This document shows positions 42,842 to 52,810 of a DNA stretch of 64,000 nucleotides, piece by piece. The DNA comes from Escherichia phage vB_EcoM-G3G7: sequence record MZ234040.1; one strand, 5' to 3'. The notes below the pieces were generated by a model, which was not told the DNA's origin, did not search any database, and worked only from the letters and a program-made list of their open reading frames with translations. A program made the position numbers and the translations under genes. Each line of letters starts with the position of its first letter. Position 1 is the first letter of the stretch.

Positions 42842-43371
42842 TCAAATAATCCAATAATATTGCCAATTCCGGTTATTGGACCATTAGGGCCAGGAATTGC
42901 TAAAGTTGTAGAAATATCATTTGCCCATTTTAAAACAAATGCTGGCATCTCAAGAAAATTAATTTCTTTAACTTCATCATTGACCTTAAGCAAGCATTTG
43001 GATAACATATCGCTTACAGTTAAAAATTGTTCAAATTTTCCAGGAGGTCTAAAATAAAATGTATTTCCTTGGTATTGAAATTCCAATCTTTGACATACAT
43101 AAACGTCATTAATATCATAAGTATAACCATCTATTTCTTTACGAGATTTAATCTTTCCATTAAATTCCAATAAATGAATAGAAACGAAATCAACTTCTGC
43201 CGGTGATAAATTCGGACAAATAGAATCAATAAGAAGTTTTAAATTTTCATCAGGACCTTTAACATCTTTTAAAATGTTATAATGTTTAAGACCCATCTTA
43301 GGAATAGAAACTTCTTTATTACTTATTGGAAGAACTACTTTCTTCAGTGGTAGTATCAGATTTAAATTCAT
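42838..43371 (-). CDS. 28: baseplate hub distal subunit gp28
   Basis: 177-aa [14 protein letters not shown]... (T4 gp28 length); overlaps the 3' end of gene 27. Confidence 0.85.
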   Translation of the reverse strand: MNLNLILPLKKVVLPISNKEVSIPKMGLKHYNILKDVKGPDENLKLLIDSICPNLSPAEVDFVSIHLLEFNGKIKSRKEIDGYTYDINDVYVCQRLEFQYQGNTFYFRPPGKFEQFLTVSDMLSKCLLKVNDEVKEINFLEMPAFVLKWANDISTTLAIPGPNGPITGIGNIIGLFE

Positions 43372-44491
43372 TTTTAACCTTAACTGGGTCTATTGTTTCC
43401 AGTTTCGTCGCATTAGTGAACATATATAGATGAGTTACTGAATTATTATTTGATAATTCATGGATAACTTCATCAACGTAAAATTCTGTTTTAAATTGGT
43501 TTTTACTATCATTAAAAATAATTTTAACACCAGGAGTCAAGTTAAAATTACCGACAGTAGAACATTTAGCATAGCCATCATATTGCGCCATAGTTTGAAG
43601 ACGAATAGCTTCTTCATAGCCATTCCTATAAGTCATTTCAGAATAAGCACCTGACCTTGACACTACAATAGAGTTTTCACCCTTTCCTGTAGTAATCATT
43701 GGCAGTGAAGAATCTAAAAACGAATGAGCATAGATAGTAGCATTTTTCATTGGATCACGTTTATGCGGGTTTGATTTAGTCAACCAAACAAAATCATATG
43801 CTAATGGATATTTCAATTCTTGGACGAATTGACCTATTAAAGTTGGCTCACCTACAATCATTGGATATGATTCTTGATTTATCATCATATCATAGTCCAT
43901 CATGTTAACTCCCATGATGTCTTGCCATACAAATACAAATTTGTCACTTCCTACAGCTAGAGCAACTTCTCTGACATATGACAAATAGTTTTCAAATGTG
44001 CTAGTCCATGGAATATCAGGAACATAAGCATTTATAGCATTTATTGCTGGAGTTAATAATGTGCGGTCTTGATAAATGACACCAAGCATTTCTTTTATAG
44101 ATTCACCTGCATCAGGGAAAAATGGTCTACCAAATTTAAGATTTTCTATAGAATGAATAGTTCCCAATTCAATAGCAATGATGTTATCGCCTTTTGAATC
44201 TACTGACACGGAAAAATGCTTGCATCCATAAATTCGTGTTTTAACATTATTAATATCGTTTGCATTAGCTACAGAAATTTGAATTATTTCATTTCCATCC
44301 ATTTTTGTATGGATGTTTTTAGAATCATAAAATTGTAGCATTCCTTCATTTCGACCATAAAGAGAGTCACGCATAGTTAATGTGGTAATAGTAGCAGCTA
44401 ATTCAACAAATCTATTATTACTCCAAGCGTCATAACTCTCAAATAATTTAACGCTGAGATTTGGATATCCAGGACGTTGTAACATACTCAT
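43319..44491 (-). CDS. 27: baseplate hub subunit gp27
   Basis: 390-aa ORF (T4 gp27 is about 391 aa). Confidence 0.88.
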   Translation of the reverse strand: MSMLQRPGYPNLSVKLFESYDAWSNNRFVELAATITTLTMRDSLYGRNEGMLQFYDSKNIHTKMDGNEIIQISVANANDINNVKTRIYGCKHFSVSVDSKGDNIIAIELGTIHSIENLKFGRPFFPDAGESIKEMLGVIYQDRTLLTPAINAINAYVPDIPWTSTFENYLSYVREVALAVGSDKFVFVWQDIMGVNMMDYDMMINQESYPMIVGEPTLIGQFVQELKYPLAYDFVWLTKSNPHKRDPMKNATIYAHSFLDSSLPMITTGKGENSIVVSRSGAYSEMTYRNGYEEAIRLQTMAQYDGYAKCSTVGNFNLTPGVKIIFNDSKNQFKTEFYVDEVIHELSNNNSVTHLYMFTNATKLETIDPVKVKNEFKSDTTTEESSSSNK

Positions 44492-45240
44492 TGATGTTTA
44501 TCCTTCTCAATCAGTTTTAATACGAATCCGCGCTCGGCAGGAATCATTTTCATTATTGAATTTAAGCTATAATTACTTTTTACAAGCGTGTGATTAATTT
44601 GATAAAAAGTAAATATCTCATCTGGATTAACTAATAGCTTAAACACATCTACTATATCAGTGTATTTTTTAATGTACTTATCACAACACGACATGTGCAA
44701 TGTTAAATTAATAGGATTCATTGCATCGAGAATTTTTTCTAATGTTTCTATCTCGATGGCGTCAACTAGTTCTATTTGACTGGACTCGCTAATTTCCTTC
44801 CAATCATACCATATTTCATCTACTTGAACAGAATGAATATTTTCAGTAATCATCTTTGCTTTATTTTCATAAAACTCAGAAGGAAACTTTAATTTAATTT
44901 TAACATTAGCTACATCAAAAACAGGTTCCTTTAATTCTTTTTGATATATTTCAAATGGAACTGTCTTTTCTTTTTTACATTTTGGACATACAAATGTGAC
45001 CGGTACTTTAGTTTTACCTATTGAACCTACAAATACCTGCAAAAATATAAATGGTTGCCAAGTCTTTGGATAGTCTCCAAAATAATCATCAATTAAATCA
45101 GTAATTATTTCTTTTTGTTCTTGTGATGACCGATGTTCTATATCGTTTCGAACTAACAAAAAATCTCGATAATCTTCTACCGTAAATGGTTTAAAACGAT
45201 GAACACCATCTGGTAATTTACAACGAATAATGTTTGCCAT
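44488..45240 (-). CDS. 51: baseplate hub assembly catalyst gp51
   Basis: 250-aa ORF with Cys-rich CPKCKK motif; T4 gp51 position. Confidence 0.85.
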   Translation of the reverse strand: MANIIRCKLPDGVHRFKPFTVEDYRDFLLVRNDIEHRSSQEQKEIITDLIDDYFGDYPKTWQPFIFLQVFVGSIGKTKVPVTFVCPKCKKEKTVPFEIYQKELKEPVFDVANVKIKLKFPSEFYENKAKMITENIHSVQVDEIWYDWKEISESSQIELVDAIEIETLEKILDAMNPINLTLHMSCCDKYIKKYTDIVDVFKLLVNPDEIFTFYQINHTLVKSNYSLNSIMKMIPAERGFVLKLIEKDKHQ

Positions 45241-45257
45241 AGATGCTCCTTTTATTC

Positions 45258-45269
45258 TATTTATAAATA
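45258..45269. promoter_or_regulatory. overlapping divergent late promoters (TATAAATA on both strands) for genes 51 and 26
   Basis: TCTATTTATAAATATG contains TATAAATA on plus (45262-45269) and on minus (45258-45265); 18-22 nt from each start codon. Confidence 0.6.
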
Positions 45270-45290
45270 TGATAAATAAAGGAGCTAAAT

Positions 45291-45917
45291 ATGTATGAAT
45301 ACAAATTTGATGTGAGAGTTGGTTCTAAAATAATCAACTGTCGCGCATTTACTCTTAAAGAATATCTAGAACTTATTACTGCTAAAAAGAATGGTTCAGT
45401 AGAAGAGATTGTTAAAAAGCTAATCAAAGACTGTACAAATGCAAAAGATTTAAACCGCCAAGAATCAGAACTATTACTGATTCATTTATGGGCGCATTCT
45501 CTTGGAGAAGTTAATCACGAAAACTCCTGGAAGTGCACCTGTGGAACTGAAATACCAACCCATATAAATCTATTACATACACAAATAGATGCACCAGAAG
45601 ACCTCTGGTATACACTGGGTGACATTAAAATTAAATTCCATTACCCTAAAATTTTTGATGATAAAAATATAGCCCACATGATAGTATCATGTATAGAAAC
45701 GATTCATGCTAACGGTGAAAGCATTCCAGTTGAAGACTTAAATGAAAAAGAACTGGAAGATTTATATTCTATCATCACAGAGTCAGATATTGTAGCTATA
45801 AAAGATATGCTTTTAAAGCCTACTGTTTATTTGGCTGTTCCAATTAAATGTCCAGAGTGTGGAAAAACTCACGCTCATGTAATAAGAGGACTCAAAGAAT
45901 TCTTTGAGCTATTGTAA
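45291..45917 (+). CDS. 26: baseplate hub subunit gp26
   Basis: 208-aa ORF (T4 gp26 length); AAGGAG SD. Confidence 0.85.
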   Translation: MYEYKFDVRVGSKIINCRAFTLKEYLELITAKKNGSVEEIVKKLIKDCTNAKDLNRQESELLLIHLWAHSLGEVNHENSWKCTCGTEIPTHINLLHTQIDAPEDLWYTLGDIKIKFHYPKIFDDKNIAHMIVSCIETIHANGESIPVEDLNEKELEDLYSIITESDIVAIKDMLLKPTVYLAVPIKCPECGKTHAHVIRGLKEFFELL

Positions 45918-46315
45918 TGGCAAATATTAATAAGCTTTATTCTGATATTGACCCAGAGATGAAAATGGATTGGAACAAAGACGTTTCAAGATCACTTGGA
46001 TTAAGGTCAATTAAAAATAGTCTTTTAGGAATTATTACAACAAGAAAAGGTTCAAGACCGTTTGACCCTGAATTTGGATGCGATTTATCTGACCAACTTT
46101 TTGAGAATATGACTCCTCTTACTGCTGACACGGTTGAGCGTAATATCGAAAGCGCAGTAAGAAACTATGAGCCACGTATTGATAAATTAGCAGTTAATGT
46201 AATACCGGTTTATGATGATTATACTTTGATAGTAGAAATACGCTTTTCAGTCATCGATAACCCTGATGATATTGAGCAAATAAAACTACAACTGGCTTCC
46301 AGTAATAGAGTATAA
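45917..46315 (+). CDS. 25: baseplate wedge subunit gp25
   Basis: 132-aa [57 protein letters not shown]... matches T4 gp25. Confidence 0.92.
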   Translation: MANINKLYSDIDPEMKMDWNKDVSRSLGLRSIKNSLLGIITTRKGSRPFDPEFGCDLSDQLFENMTPLTADTVERNIESAVRNYEPRIDKLAVNVIPVYDDYTLIVEIRFSVIDNPDDIEQIKLQLASSNRV

Positions 46316-46381
46316 TGCTTCACGTATAAACGTGGTATAATGAATCTAAGTCCATCCAATAACAATTGAATAGAGAACAAT

Positions 46382-46795
46382 ATGAGATTAGAAGATCTTC
46401 AAGAAGAATTGAAGAAAGATGTGTTTATAGATTCGACTAAATTACAGTATGAAGCAGCTAATAATGTGATGTTATATAGTAAATGGCTTAATAAGCATTC
46501 AAGTATTAAAAAGGAAATGCTTAGAATTGAAGCACAGAAAAAAGTTGCTCTTAAAGCTAAATTAGACTACTACTCGGGACGAGGAGATGGTGATGAATTT
46601 AGTATGGATCGTTACGAGAAATCAGAAATGAAGACAGTTCTATCAGCTGATAAGGATGTTTTAAAAGTTGATACTTCATTACAATATTGGGGAATTTTAT
46701 TGGATTTCTGTAGCGGAGCTCTTGATGCTATTAAATCACGTGGATTTGCTATTAAGCATATTCAAGACATGCGAGCATTTGAGGCTGGAAAATAA
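46382..46795 (+). CDS. uvsY: recombination mediator UvsY
   Basis: 137-aa ORF (T4 UvsY length) at conserved position. Confidence 0.88.
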   Translation: MRLEDLQEELKKDVFIDSTKLQYEAANNVMLYSKWLNKHSSIKKEMLRIEAQKKVALKAKLDYYSGRGDGDEFSMDRYEKSEMKTVLSADKDVLKVDTSLQYWGILLDFCSGALDAIKSRGFAIKHIQDMRAFEAGK

Positions 46796-47019
46796 TGAGA
46801 TATAGCATTGATGATGCTTTTAATTATGAAGAAGAATTTGAAACTGAGATTCAATTCTTAATGAAAAAGCATAATCTTAAGCGTCAGGATATTCGTATCC
46901 TGGCCGATCACCCGTGTGGTGAAGATGTCCTTTATATTAAAGGAAAATTTGCCGGATATCTTGATGAATATTTTTATTCTAAAGATATGGGCATTGATAT
47001 GCATATGAGAGTTGTATAA
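46795..47019 (+). CDS. small protein uvsY.-1-like (74 aa)
   Basis: ATGA-coupled ORF downstream of uvsY. Confidence 0.6.
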   Translation: MRYSIDDAFNYEEEFETEIQFLMKKHNLKRQDIRILADHPCGEDVLYIKGKFAGYLDEYFYSKDMGIDMHMRVV

Positions 47020-47022
47020 ATA
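47015..47022 (+). promoter_or_regulatory. T4-type late promoter (TATAAATA)
   Basis: Exact TATAAATA 25 nt upstream of the ATG at 47048. Confidence 0.55.
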
Positions 47023-47047
47023 GATATATAATTCAGAGGAGACAATC

Positions 47048-47215
47048 ATGTCAGATAAGATTTGTGTTGTCTGTAAAACTCCAATCGATTCTGCATTGGT
47101 TGTTGAAACAGACAAAGGTCCTGTACATCCTGGGCCTTGCTATAATTACATTAAAGAACTACCAGTTTCAGAAAGTTCGGAAGAACAATTAAATGAAACA
47201 CAACTTTTGCTATAG
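47048..47215 (+). CDS. small Cys-containing protein uvsY.-2-like (55 aa; CVVC...PGPC possible zinc ribbon)
   Basis: AGAGGAGACAATCATG SD context; not in the supplied ORF track (below size cutoff). Confidence 0.5.
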   Translation: MSDKICVVCKTPIDSALVVETDKGPVHPGPCYNYIKELPVSESSEEQLNETQLLL

Positions 47216-47238
47216 TGTGACCTTTAGTCTATAGTTTT

Positions 47239-47267
47239 GGCCCTTCCTTTTTGGTTGGGCCTTTTTT
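47239..47267 (+). terminator. hairpin plus T-run terminating the uvsY transcription unit
   Basis: GGCCC...GGGCC stem with a 13-nt loop followed by TTTTTTAATTT. Confidence 0.45.
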
Positions 47268-47270
47268 AAT

Positions 47271-47501
47271 TTAAAAGCTTTCTTCTACTTCATCGTCTGA
47301 ATCTTCTAATTCAGCTCTTTTTCCTGCCAAAGCATCTCTCACAGAGATGTCATCAGTATCTTTTAATTCAGTTTCTTTAACTCTTTTCTTATAATAAGCT
47401 TCAAGTTCTTCTAGACCTTCTAATGTTTGACAAGAGGCAATTTTACCCATAAATTCATCAATAGAAGCTTCATAAAGAAATTGTTTAAATTCTAGTAACA
47501 T
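47271..47501 (-). CDS. uvsW.1: UvsW.1 (small acidic partner of the UvsW helicase)
   Basis: 76-aa ORF MLLEFKQFLYEASIDEFMGKIASCQ... from ATG 47501 with GGAG SD; ORF-track start is an upstream TTG. Confidence 0.75.
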   Translation of the reverse strand: MLLEFKQFLYEASIDEFMGKIASCQTLEGLEELEAYYKKRVKETELKDTDDISVRDALAGKRAELEDSDDEVEESF

Positions 47502-47526
47502 CTTTTTCTCCAAAGGGCCGAAGCCC

Positions 47527-49038
47527 TTATAAATTAACTGTTTTCATTACGTAATTAAATTTTTCATCTGCGTAGCGCTGAATACGATCAATGCCGTGTT
47601 TTAAAAGATAGTTCAAGTGAACATATTTCTTTTTAGTATTAGCAGATTTTGGCTTGACACCACAGTCATCTATGAGGTCCCAGACTGTTGCGATTGTTTT
47701 AGAACCATGCTTACGTAATACACGACCGATTGTTTGTAATACAATGATTTTTGATTTAACACCGTGTGCTAAAACAACGTGATGCAGATTTTTAACTGAA
47801 ATACCAGTAGAAAATACACCATAACTAGCTACTATAATTATTCCTTTACCGTTTTCAGCTAAGGTTTTCATTATATTGCGGGTTTCGGTATCAACTTCCC
47901 CTGATACGTAATAAACTTTATCGTATTCATTTTTAATTAAATCGAAAATAGCTTTACCGTGCGATACGTGTTTAAACATGACAAAAGCGTTTTCATCTTT
48001 TTGTGCAAGCTTAATAGCTAATTTAGCGATCCATTTATTTCTTTTACTAAGCCCAGTAATAATTTTTATTTCTTCTTGATAAGTTTTTCCCTTTAATTTA
48101 GTAGTGAACTCATCGGGATAGCGAAGAAAAATACTATTAATTTTTAACTCAGTTACTTGTCCATCTTCCATTAATTTAGAGGTCGTTACTGGCTTAAATA
48201 TTTCACCGAACATTCCAACATACTGCATGATATTGGCTTTGCCATCACGTAATGAACCAGACAAACCGAATTTGAACATGCAGTTATTTAAACCTGATAT
48301 GATAGATGAAATACTTTTTCCTGTAGCAAGATGACATTCATCATTCATCATCATTCCAAACTGTGAGAACCATTCTTTCGGTTGTTTTACTACAGTTTGC
48401 CATGTACCAACGACGACTGGTGCATCATTTTTATATTTATCATCTTTTGATGCTCCGCCACCAATTTTCTTTATCATTGCATGGCTGAATAAACGATAGT
48501 CGACGAAGTCATCAGCCATCTGAGTTGTTAGAGCAGTTGTTGGAACAATGATAAGAATTTTACCTTCATAATTTTCCAAATAATATCGCGCAAGCAAAGC
48601 TTGAATTAACGATTTACCAGCGGATGTTGGAAGATTAAGAATTCTACGACGATTAACTAATCCTTCGAACACTGCATCTTTTTGATACCAGTGTGGTTCA
48701 ATTCTTTTATTTCCTGAATAGATTTCTAATTTAGAAAGCCATTCATCAAAATCTTTTCTTGATAATTCTTCTTTTTCGTTAATTTGTGGGTCAATCCAGG
48801 CTTTATAGCCAAAGTTATCACAGAACTTTTTAATTTGCCCGACTAAGCCGAATGGAAGAAGACGATTATAATCTAACAGACGGATTCGTCCATCCCAGTG
48901 GCCATATCTGTACTTCGGATTAAAACGATACCCATCAGCTTCAAAGCTAAAGAAATCACGGAGTTCATGAAATGTACTTTCTTCACAATCAATTCTCACG
49001 TGACTAAAATCATAAAAATGTACTTTAATGTCAGTCAT
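47527..49038 (-). CDS. uvsW: UvsW RNA-DNA / DNA helicase (SF2)
   Basis: 503-aa ORF with helicase motifs (LPTSAGKS Walker A, DECH box); T4 UvsW size. Confidence 0.92.
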   Translation of the reverse strand: MTDIKVHFYDFSHVRIDCEESTFHELRDFFSFEADGYRFNPKYRYGHWDGRIRLLDYNRLLPFGLVGQIKKFCDNFGYKAWIDPQINEKEELSRKDFDEWLSKLEIYSGNKRIEPHWYQKDAVFEGLVNRRRILNLPTSAGKSLIQALLARYYLENYEGKILIIVPTTALTTQMADDFVDYRLFSHAMIKKIGGGASKDDKYKNDAPVVVGTWQTVVKQPKEWFSQFGMMMNDECHLATGKSISSIISGLNNCMFKFGLSGSLRDGKANIMQYVGMFGEIFKPVTTSKLMEDGQVTELKINSIFLRYPDEFTTKLKGKTYQEEIKIITGLSKRNKWIAKLAIKLAQKDENAFVMFKHVSHGKAIFDLIKNEYDKVYYVSGEVDTETRNIMKTLAENGKGIIIVASYGVFSTGISVKNLHHVVLAHGVKSKIIVLQTIGRVLRKHGSKTIATVWDLIDDCGVKPKSANTKKKYVHLNYLLKHGIDRIQRYADEKFNYVMKTVNL

Positions 49039-49067
49039 GTCTAAATACCATGTAATAAATATATCTA

Positions 49068-49075
49068 TATTTATA
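49068..49075 (-). promoter_or_regulatory. T4-type late promoter (TATAAATA) for uvsW
   Basis: TATAAATA on minus strand about 30 nt upstream of the uvsW ATG. Confidence 0.6.
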
Positions 49076-49088
49076 CTGAGGAAATATT

Positions 49089-49769
49089 ATGATAGATAAA
49101 GATTATATTGCAGAGCTGAAGGCTCTTGATGATAACAAAGAAGCTAAAGCTAAATTAGCTGAATATGCTGAACAGTTTGGTATAAAGGTCAAAAAGAATA
49201 AATCTTTTGATAATATCGTTGTTGATATTGAAGAAGCCCTCCAGAAGCTCGCTAGTGAACCTATGCCGGAGACTGATGGGTTATCTATTAAAGACTTAAT
49301 TGATGCTGCTGATGCTGCAGAGGGGTTAAAATATGACGATGAAGAAGTCAATCCAGAAGCAGCACTTTTGATTGATTCTCCGGTTAAATCTGACATTAAA
49401 ATTGAAGTAGTAGAAACAGATAAAATTCCTGAAAATACCACTGTTTTAATTGAAGATACTCCTTTTGTTGAAGAAAAATTCGAACAGGCTGTAGCTGAGA
49501 TTATTGAATCTGAAAAGCCGTCTGTATTTACTCTTCCGGAAAACTTTAGCCCGAATCTTCAGTTGATTGGAAAAAATCCAGGATTCTGTACTGTTCCTTG
49601 GTGGATTTATCAATGGATTGCTGAAACTCCTGATTGGAAATCTCACCCAACTAGTTTTGAACATGCGTCAGCACACCAAACTTTATTTAGCTTAATTTAT
49701 TACATTAACCGTGACGGATCAGTTTTAATTCGTGAAACACGCAACTCTTCTTTCGTAACATTAAAATAA
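49089..49769 (+). CDS. inh: Inh, inhibitor of prohead protease gp21
   Basis: 226-aa ORF at the conserved position upstream of hoc; T4 Inh size. Confidence 0.8.
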   Translation: MIDKDYIAELKALDDNKEAKAKLAEYAEQFGIKVKKNKSFDNIVVDIEEALQKLASEPMPETDGLSIKDLIDAADAAEGLKYDDEEVNPEAALLIDSPVKSDIKIEVVETDKIPENTTVLIEDTPFVEEKFEQAVAEIIESEKPSVFTLPENFSPNLQLIGKNPGFCTVPWWIYQWIAETPDWKSHPTSFEHASAHQTLFSLIYYINRDGSVLIRETRNSSFVTLK

Positions 49770-49778
49770 GGATAACTT

Positions 49779-51197
49779 ATGACTTTTACAGTTGATATAA
49801 CTCCTAAAACACCGACAGGGGTTATTGATGAAACTAAGCAGTTTACTGCTACACCCAGTGGTGAAACTGGAGGCGGAACTATTACATATGCTTGGACTGT
49901 AGATGATGCTCCACAAGATGGAGCTGAAGCAACTTTTGATTATGTATTAAAAGGACCTGCTGGACAAAAGACTATTAAAGTAGTTGCAACAAATACAGTT
50001 CCAGATACTGATGCTGAAACAGCAGAAGCTACTACAACTATCACAGTTCAAAATAAGACACAAACAACTACTTTAGCTGTAACTCCTGGTAGCCCTGATG
50101 CTGGAGTGATTGGAACTCCAATTGAATTTACCGCTGCCTTAGCTTCACAGCCATCAGGTGCAAACGCTACGTATCAATGGCACGTTGACGGTTCTCCTGT
50201 AGACGAAGCAACTGACGCTACATTCAATTACACTCCTGACACAAGCGGAGTTAAAAAAATCAAGTGTGTAGCTCAAGTAACTGCGGCAGATTATGATGCA
50301 CTAAGCGTTACTTCTAATGAAGTATCATTGACTGTTAATAAAAAGGAGCAGACAACTACTTTGGCAGTAACTCCTGATAGTCCTCCAGCGGGAGTAATCG
50401 GAACCCCAGTTCAATTTACTGCTGCCTTAGCTTCTCAACCTGATGGAGCGTCTGCTACGTATCAGTGGTATGTAGATGATTCACAAGTTGGTGGAGAAAC
50501 TAACTCTACATTTAGCTATACTCCAACTACAAGTGGAGTAAAAAGAATTAAATGCGTAGCCCAAGTAACTGCTGAAAATTACAATGAAAAGGAAGTTACT
50601 TCTAATGAAGTATCATTGACAGTTAATAAGAAGACAATGAATCCACAGGTTACATTGACTCCTCCTTCTATTAATGTTCAGCAAGATGCTTCGGCTACAT
50701 TTACGGCTAATGTTACGGGTGCTCCAGAAGAAGCACAAATTACTTACTCATGGAAGAAAGATTCTTCTCCTGTAGAAGGGTCAACTAACATATATACTGT
50801 CGATACCTCATCTGTTGGAAGTCAAACTATTGAAGTTACTGCTGTCGTTACTGCAACTGATTACGATAGCAAAACTATTACAGCAGAAGGTCAAGTTCAG
50901 GTAACTGATAAAGTTGCTCCAGAACCAGAAGGTGAACTACCTTATGTTCATCCTCTTCCACATCGTACTTCAGCTTATATCTGGTGCGGTTGGTGGGTTA
51001 TGGATGAAATCCAAAAAATGACCGAAGAAGGTAAAGATTGGAAAACTGAAGATCCAGACAGTAAATACTACCTGCATCGTTACACTCTTCAGAAGATGAT
51101 GAAAGACTATCCAGAAGTTGATGTTCAAGAATCACGCAATGGATACATCATTCATAAAACTGCTTTAGAAACTGGTATCATCTATACCTATCCATAA
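49779..51197 (+). CDS. hoc: Hoc, highly immunogenic outer capsid protein, with four Ig-like domains
   Basis: 472-aa ORF MTFTVDITPKTPTGVIDETKQFTATPSGETGGGTITYAW...; C-terminal capsid-binding region ...ELPYVHPLPHRTSAYIWCGWWVMDEI...; internal diverged tandem repeat of one Ig-like unit. Confidence 0.9.
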   Translation: MTFTVDITPKTPTGVIDETKQFTATPSGETGGGTITYAWTVDDAPQDGAEATFDYVLKGPAGQKTIKVVATNTVPDTDAETAEATTTITVQNKTQTTTLAVTPGSPDAGVIGTPIEFTAALASQPSGANATYQWHVDGSPVDEATDATFNYTPDTSGVKKIKCVAQVTAADYDALSVTSNEVSLTVNKKEQTTTLAVTPDSPPAGVIGTPVQFTAALASQPDGASATYQWYVDDSQVGGETNSTFSYTPTTSGVKRIKCVAQVTAENYNEKEVTSNEVSLTVNKKTMNPQVTLTPPSINVQQDASATFTANVTGAPEEAQITYSWKKDSSPVEGSTNIYTVDTSSVGSQTIEVTAVVTATDYDSKTITAEGQVQVTDKVAPEPEGELPYVHPLPHRTSAYIWCGWWVMDEIQKMTEEGKDWKTEDPDSKYYLHRYTLQKMMKDYPEVDVQESRNGYIIHKTALETGIIYTYP

Positions 51198-51201
51198 TCA
51201 T

Positions 51202-51228
51202 AAGGGGCTTCGGCCCCTTTCTTCATTT
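51202..51228 (+). terminator. hairpin terminator after hoc
   Basis: AAGGGGC-TTCG-GCCCCTT followed by a T-rich stretch. Confidence 0.6.
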
Positions 51229-51286
51229 TGAAAGCACACAAAACACAATCAGAAAATGATGTATATAATGGCACCAACTCGATAAC

Positions 51287-51502
51287 ATGAGATTGATTAT
51301 GAGAACTGAGGTTGTGGTGTTTACTCTTCATGAGTCTGGAAAGTCATTCATTGAAATTGCTCGTGAATTAAACTTACAGGCAAAAGAAGTGGCTGTATTA
51401 TGGGCTCGAGCTATGACTGCTAAAAATAAATTTGAAACTCGAGAAAAAGTCGTCTATAGAAAAAGACATATCAATAAAAAGGTGAAAAATGGAACAGTAT
51501 GA
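51287..51502 (+). CDS. small protein (71 aa), possibly DNA-binding
   Basis: ORF between hoc and rnlB (24.3-like by position). Confidence 0.5.
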   Translation: MRLIMRTEVVVFTLHESGKSFIEIARELNLQAKEVAVLWARAMTAKNKFETREKVVYRKRHINKKVKNGTV

Positions 51503-51767
51503 TCTTTATGAAAATGAATCTTTTGCTAATCGATTACGCGAAAAAGCACTTAAAAGTAAACAGTTTAAGCTAGAGTGTTTTATTAAAGATTTTTCGGAAC
51601 TTGCTAATAAAGCAGCTGAACAAGGTAAAACATATTTTAGTTATTATTGTACTGCTCGCGATAAATTGATTACTGAAGAAATTGGTGATTGGCTGAGAAA
51701 AGAAGGATTTAGCTTTAAAGTCAATAGTGATCAGCGTGATGGTGATTGGTTAGAAATTACATTTTGA
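51489..51767 (+). CDS. small protein (92 aa)
   Basis: ORF overlapping the previous stop (24.2-like by position). Confidence 0.5.
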   Translation: MEQYDLYENESFANRLREKALKSKQFKLECFIKDFSELANKAAEQGKTYFSYYCTARDKLITEEIGDWLRKEGFSFKVNSDQRDGDWLEITF

Positions 51768-51776
51768 GGATTAATT

Positions 51777-52781
51777 ATGTTTAAAAAGTATAGCAGTCTT
51801 GAAAATCATTACAACTCTAAATTTATTGAAAAACTTTATAGCTTGGGATTGACTGGTGGGGAGTGGGTAGCTCGTGAAAAGATTCACGGCACAAATTTCT
51901 CATTGATTATTGAGCGTGATAAAGTAACTTGCGCTAAACGCACTGGTCCTATTCTTCCTGCTGAAGATTTCTTTGGGTATGAAATTATTTTGAAGAATTA
52001 CTCTGATTCCATTAAAGCAGTACAAGATATTATGGAAACTTCAGCGGTTGTATCTTATCAAGTTTTTGGCGAATTCGCTGGACCTGGCATTCAGAAGAAT
52101 GTCGATTATGGCGATAAAGATTTTTATGTATTTGACATTATTGTTACTACAGAAAGTGGTGATGTGACTTATGTCGATGATTATATGATGGAATCATTCT
52201 GCAATACATTTAAATTTAAAATGGCTCCACTTTTAGGTCGCGGTAAATTTGAAGAACTTATTAAATTGCCAAATGATTTAGATTCTGTCGTCCAGGATTA
52301 TAATTTTACGGTAGACCATGCTGGATTAGTTGATGCAAATAAATGCGTTTGGAATGCTGAAGTAAAAGGCGAAGTATTTACCGCTGAAGGATATGTATTG
52401 AAACCTTGTTATCCTTCTTGGATGCCTAATGGCAATCGCGTAGCTATCAAATGCAAGAACTCTAAATTTAGTGAAAAGAAAAAGTCTGATAAGCCTATTA
52501 AAGCTAAAGTTGAACTGTCAGAAGCTGATAACAAATTGGTTGGAATTTTAGCTTGTTACGTTACACTGAACCGAGTAAATAACGTTATTTCTAAAATTGG
52601 TGAAATTGGTCCAAAAGATTTTGGAAAGGTGATGGGGCTAACTGTTCAAGATATTTTGGAAGAAACTTCTCGTGAAGGTATTACTCTAACTCAAGCGGAT
52701 AATCCTTCTTTGATTAAGAAGGAATTAGTTAAAATGGTACAAGATGTACTTCGTCCGGCTTGGATTGAATTGGTAAGTTAA
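51777..52781 (+). CDS. rnlB: RNA ligase 2
   Basis: 334-aa ORF with nucleotidyltransferase lysine motif KIHGTN; matches T4 Rnl2. Confidence 0.93.
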   Translation: MFKKYSSLENHYNSKFIEKLYSLGLTGGEWVAREKIHGTNFSLIIERDKVTCAKRTGPILPAEDFFGYEIILKNYSDSIKAVQDIMETSAVVSYQVFGEFAGPGIQKNVDYGDKDFYVFDIIVTTESGDVTYVDDYMMESFCNTFKFKMAPLLGRGKFEELIKLPNDLDSVVQDYNFTVDHAGLVDANKCVWNAEVKGEVFTAEGYVLKPCYPSWMPNGNRVAIKCKNSKFSEKKKSDKPIKAKVELSEADNKLVGILACYVTLNRVNNVISKIGEIGPKDFGKVMGLTVQDILEETSREGITLTQADNPSLIKKELVKMVQDVLRPAWIELVS

Positions 52782-52787
52782 ATAAAA

Positions 52788-52810
52788 AGGGACCTTTCGG
52801 TCCCTTTGTT
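52788..52810. terminator. bidirectional hairpin terminator between rnlB (+) and gene 24 (-)
   Basis: AGGGACC-TTTC-GGTCCCT followed by TTGTTTTATT. Confidence 0.7.
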
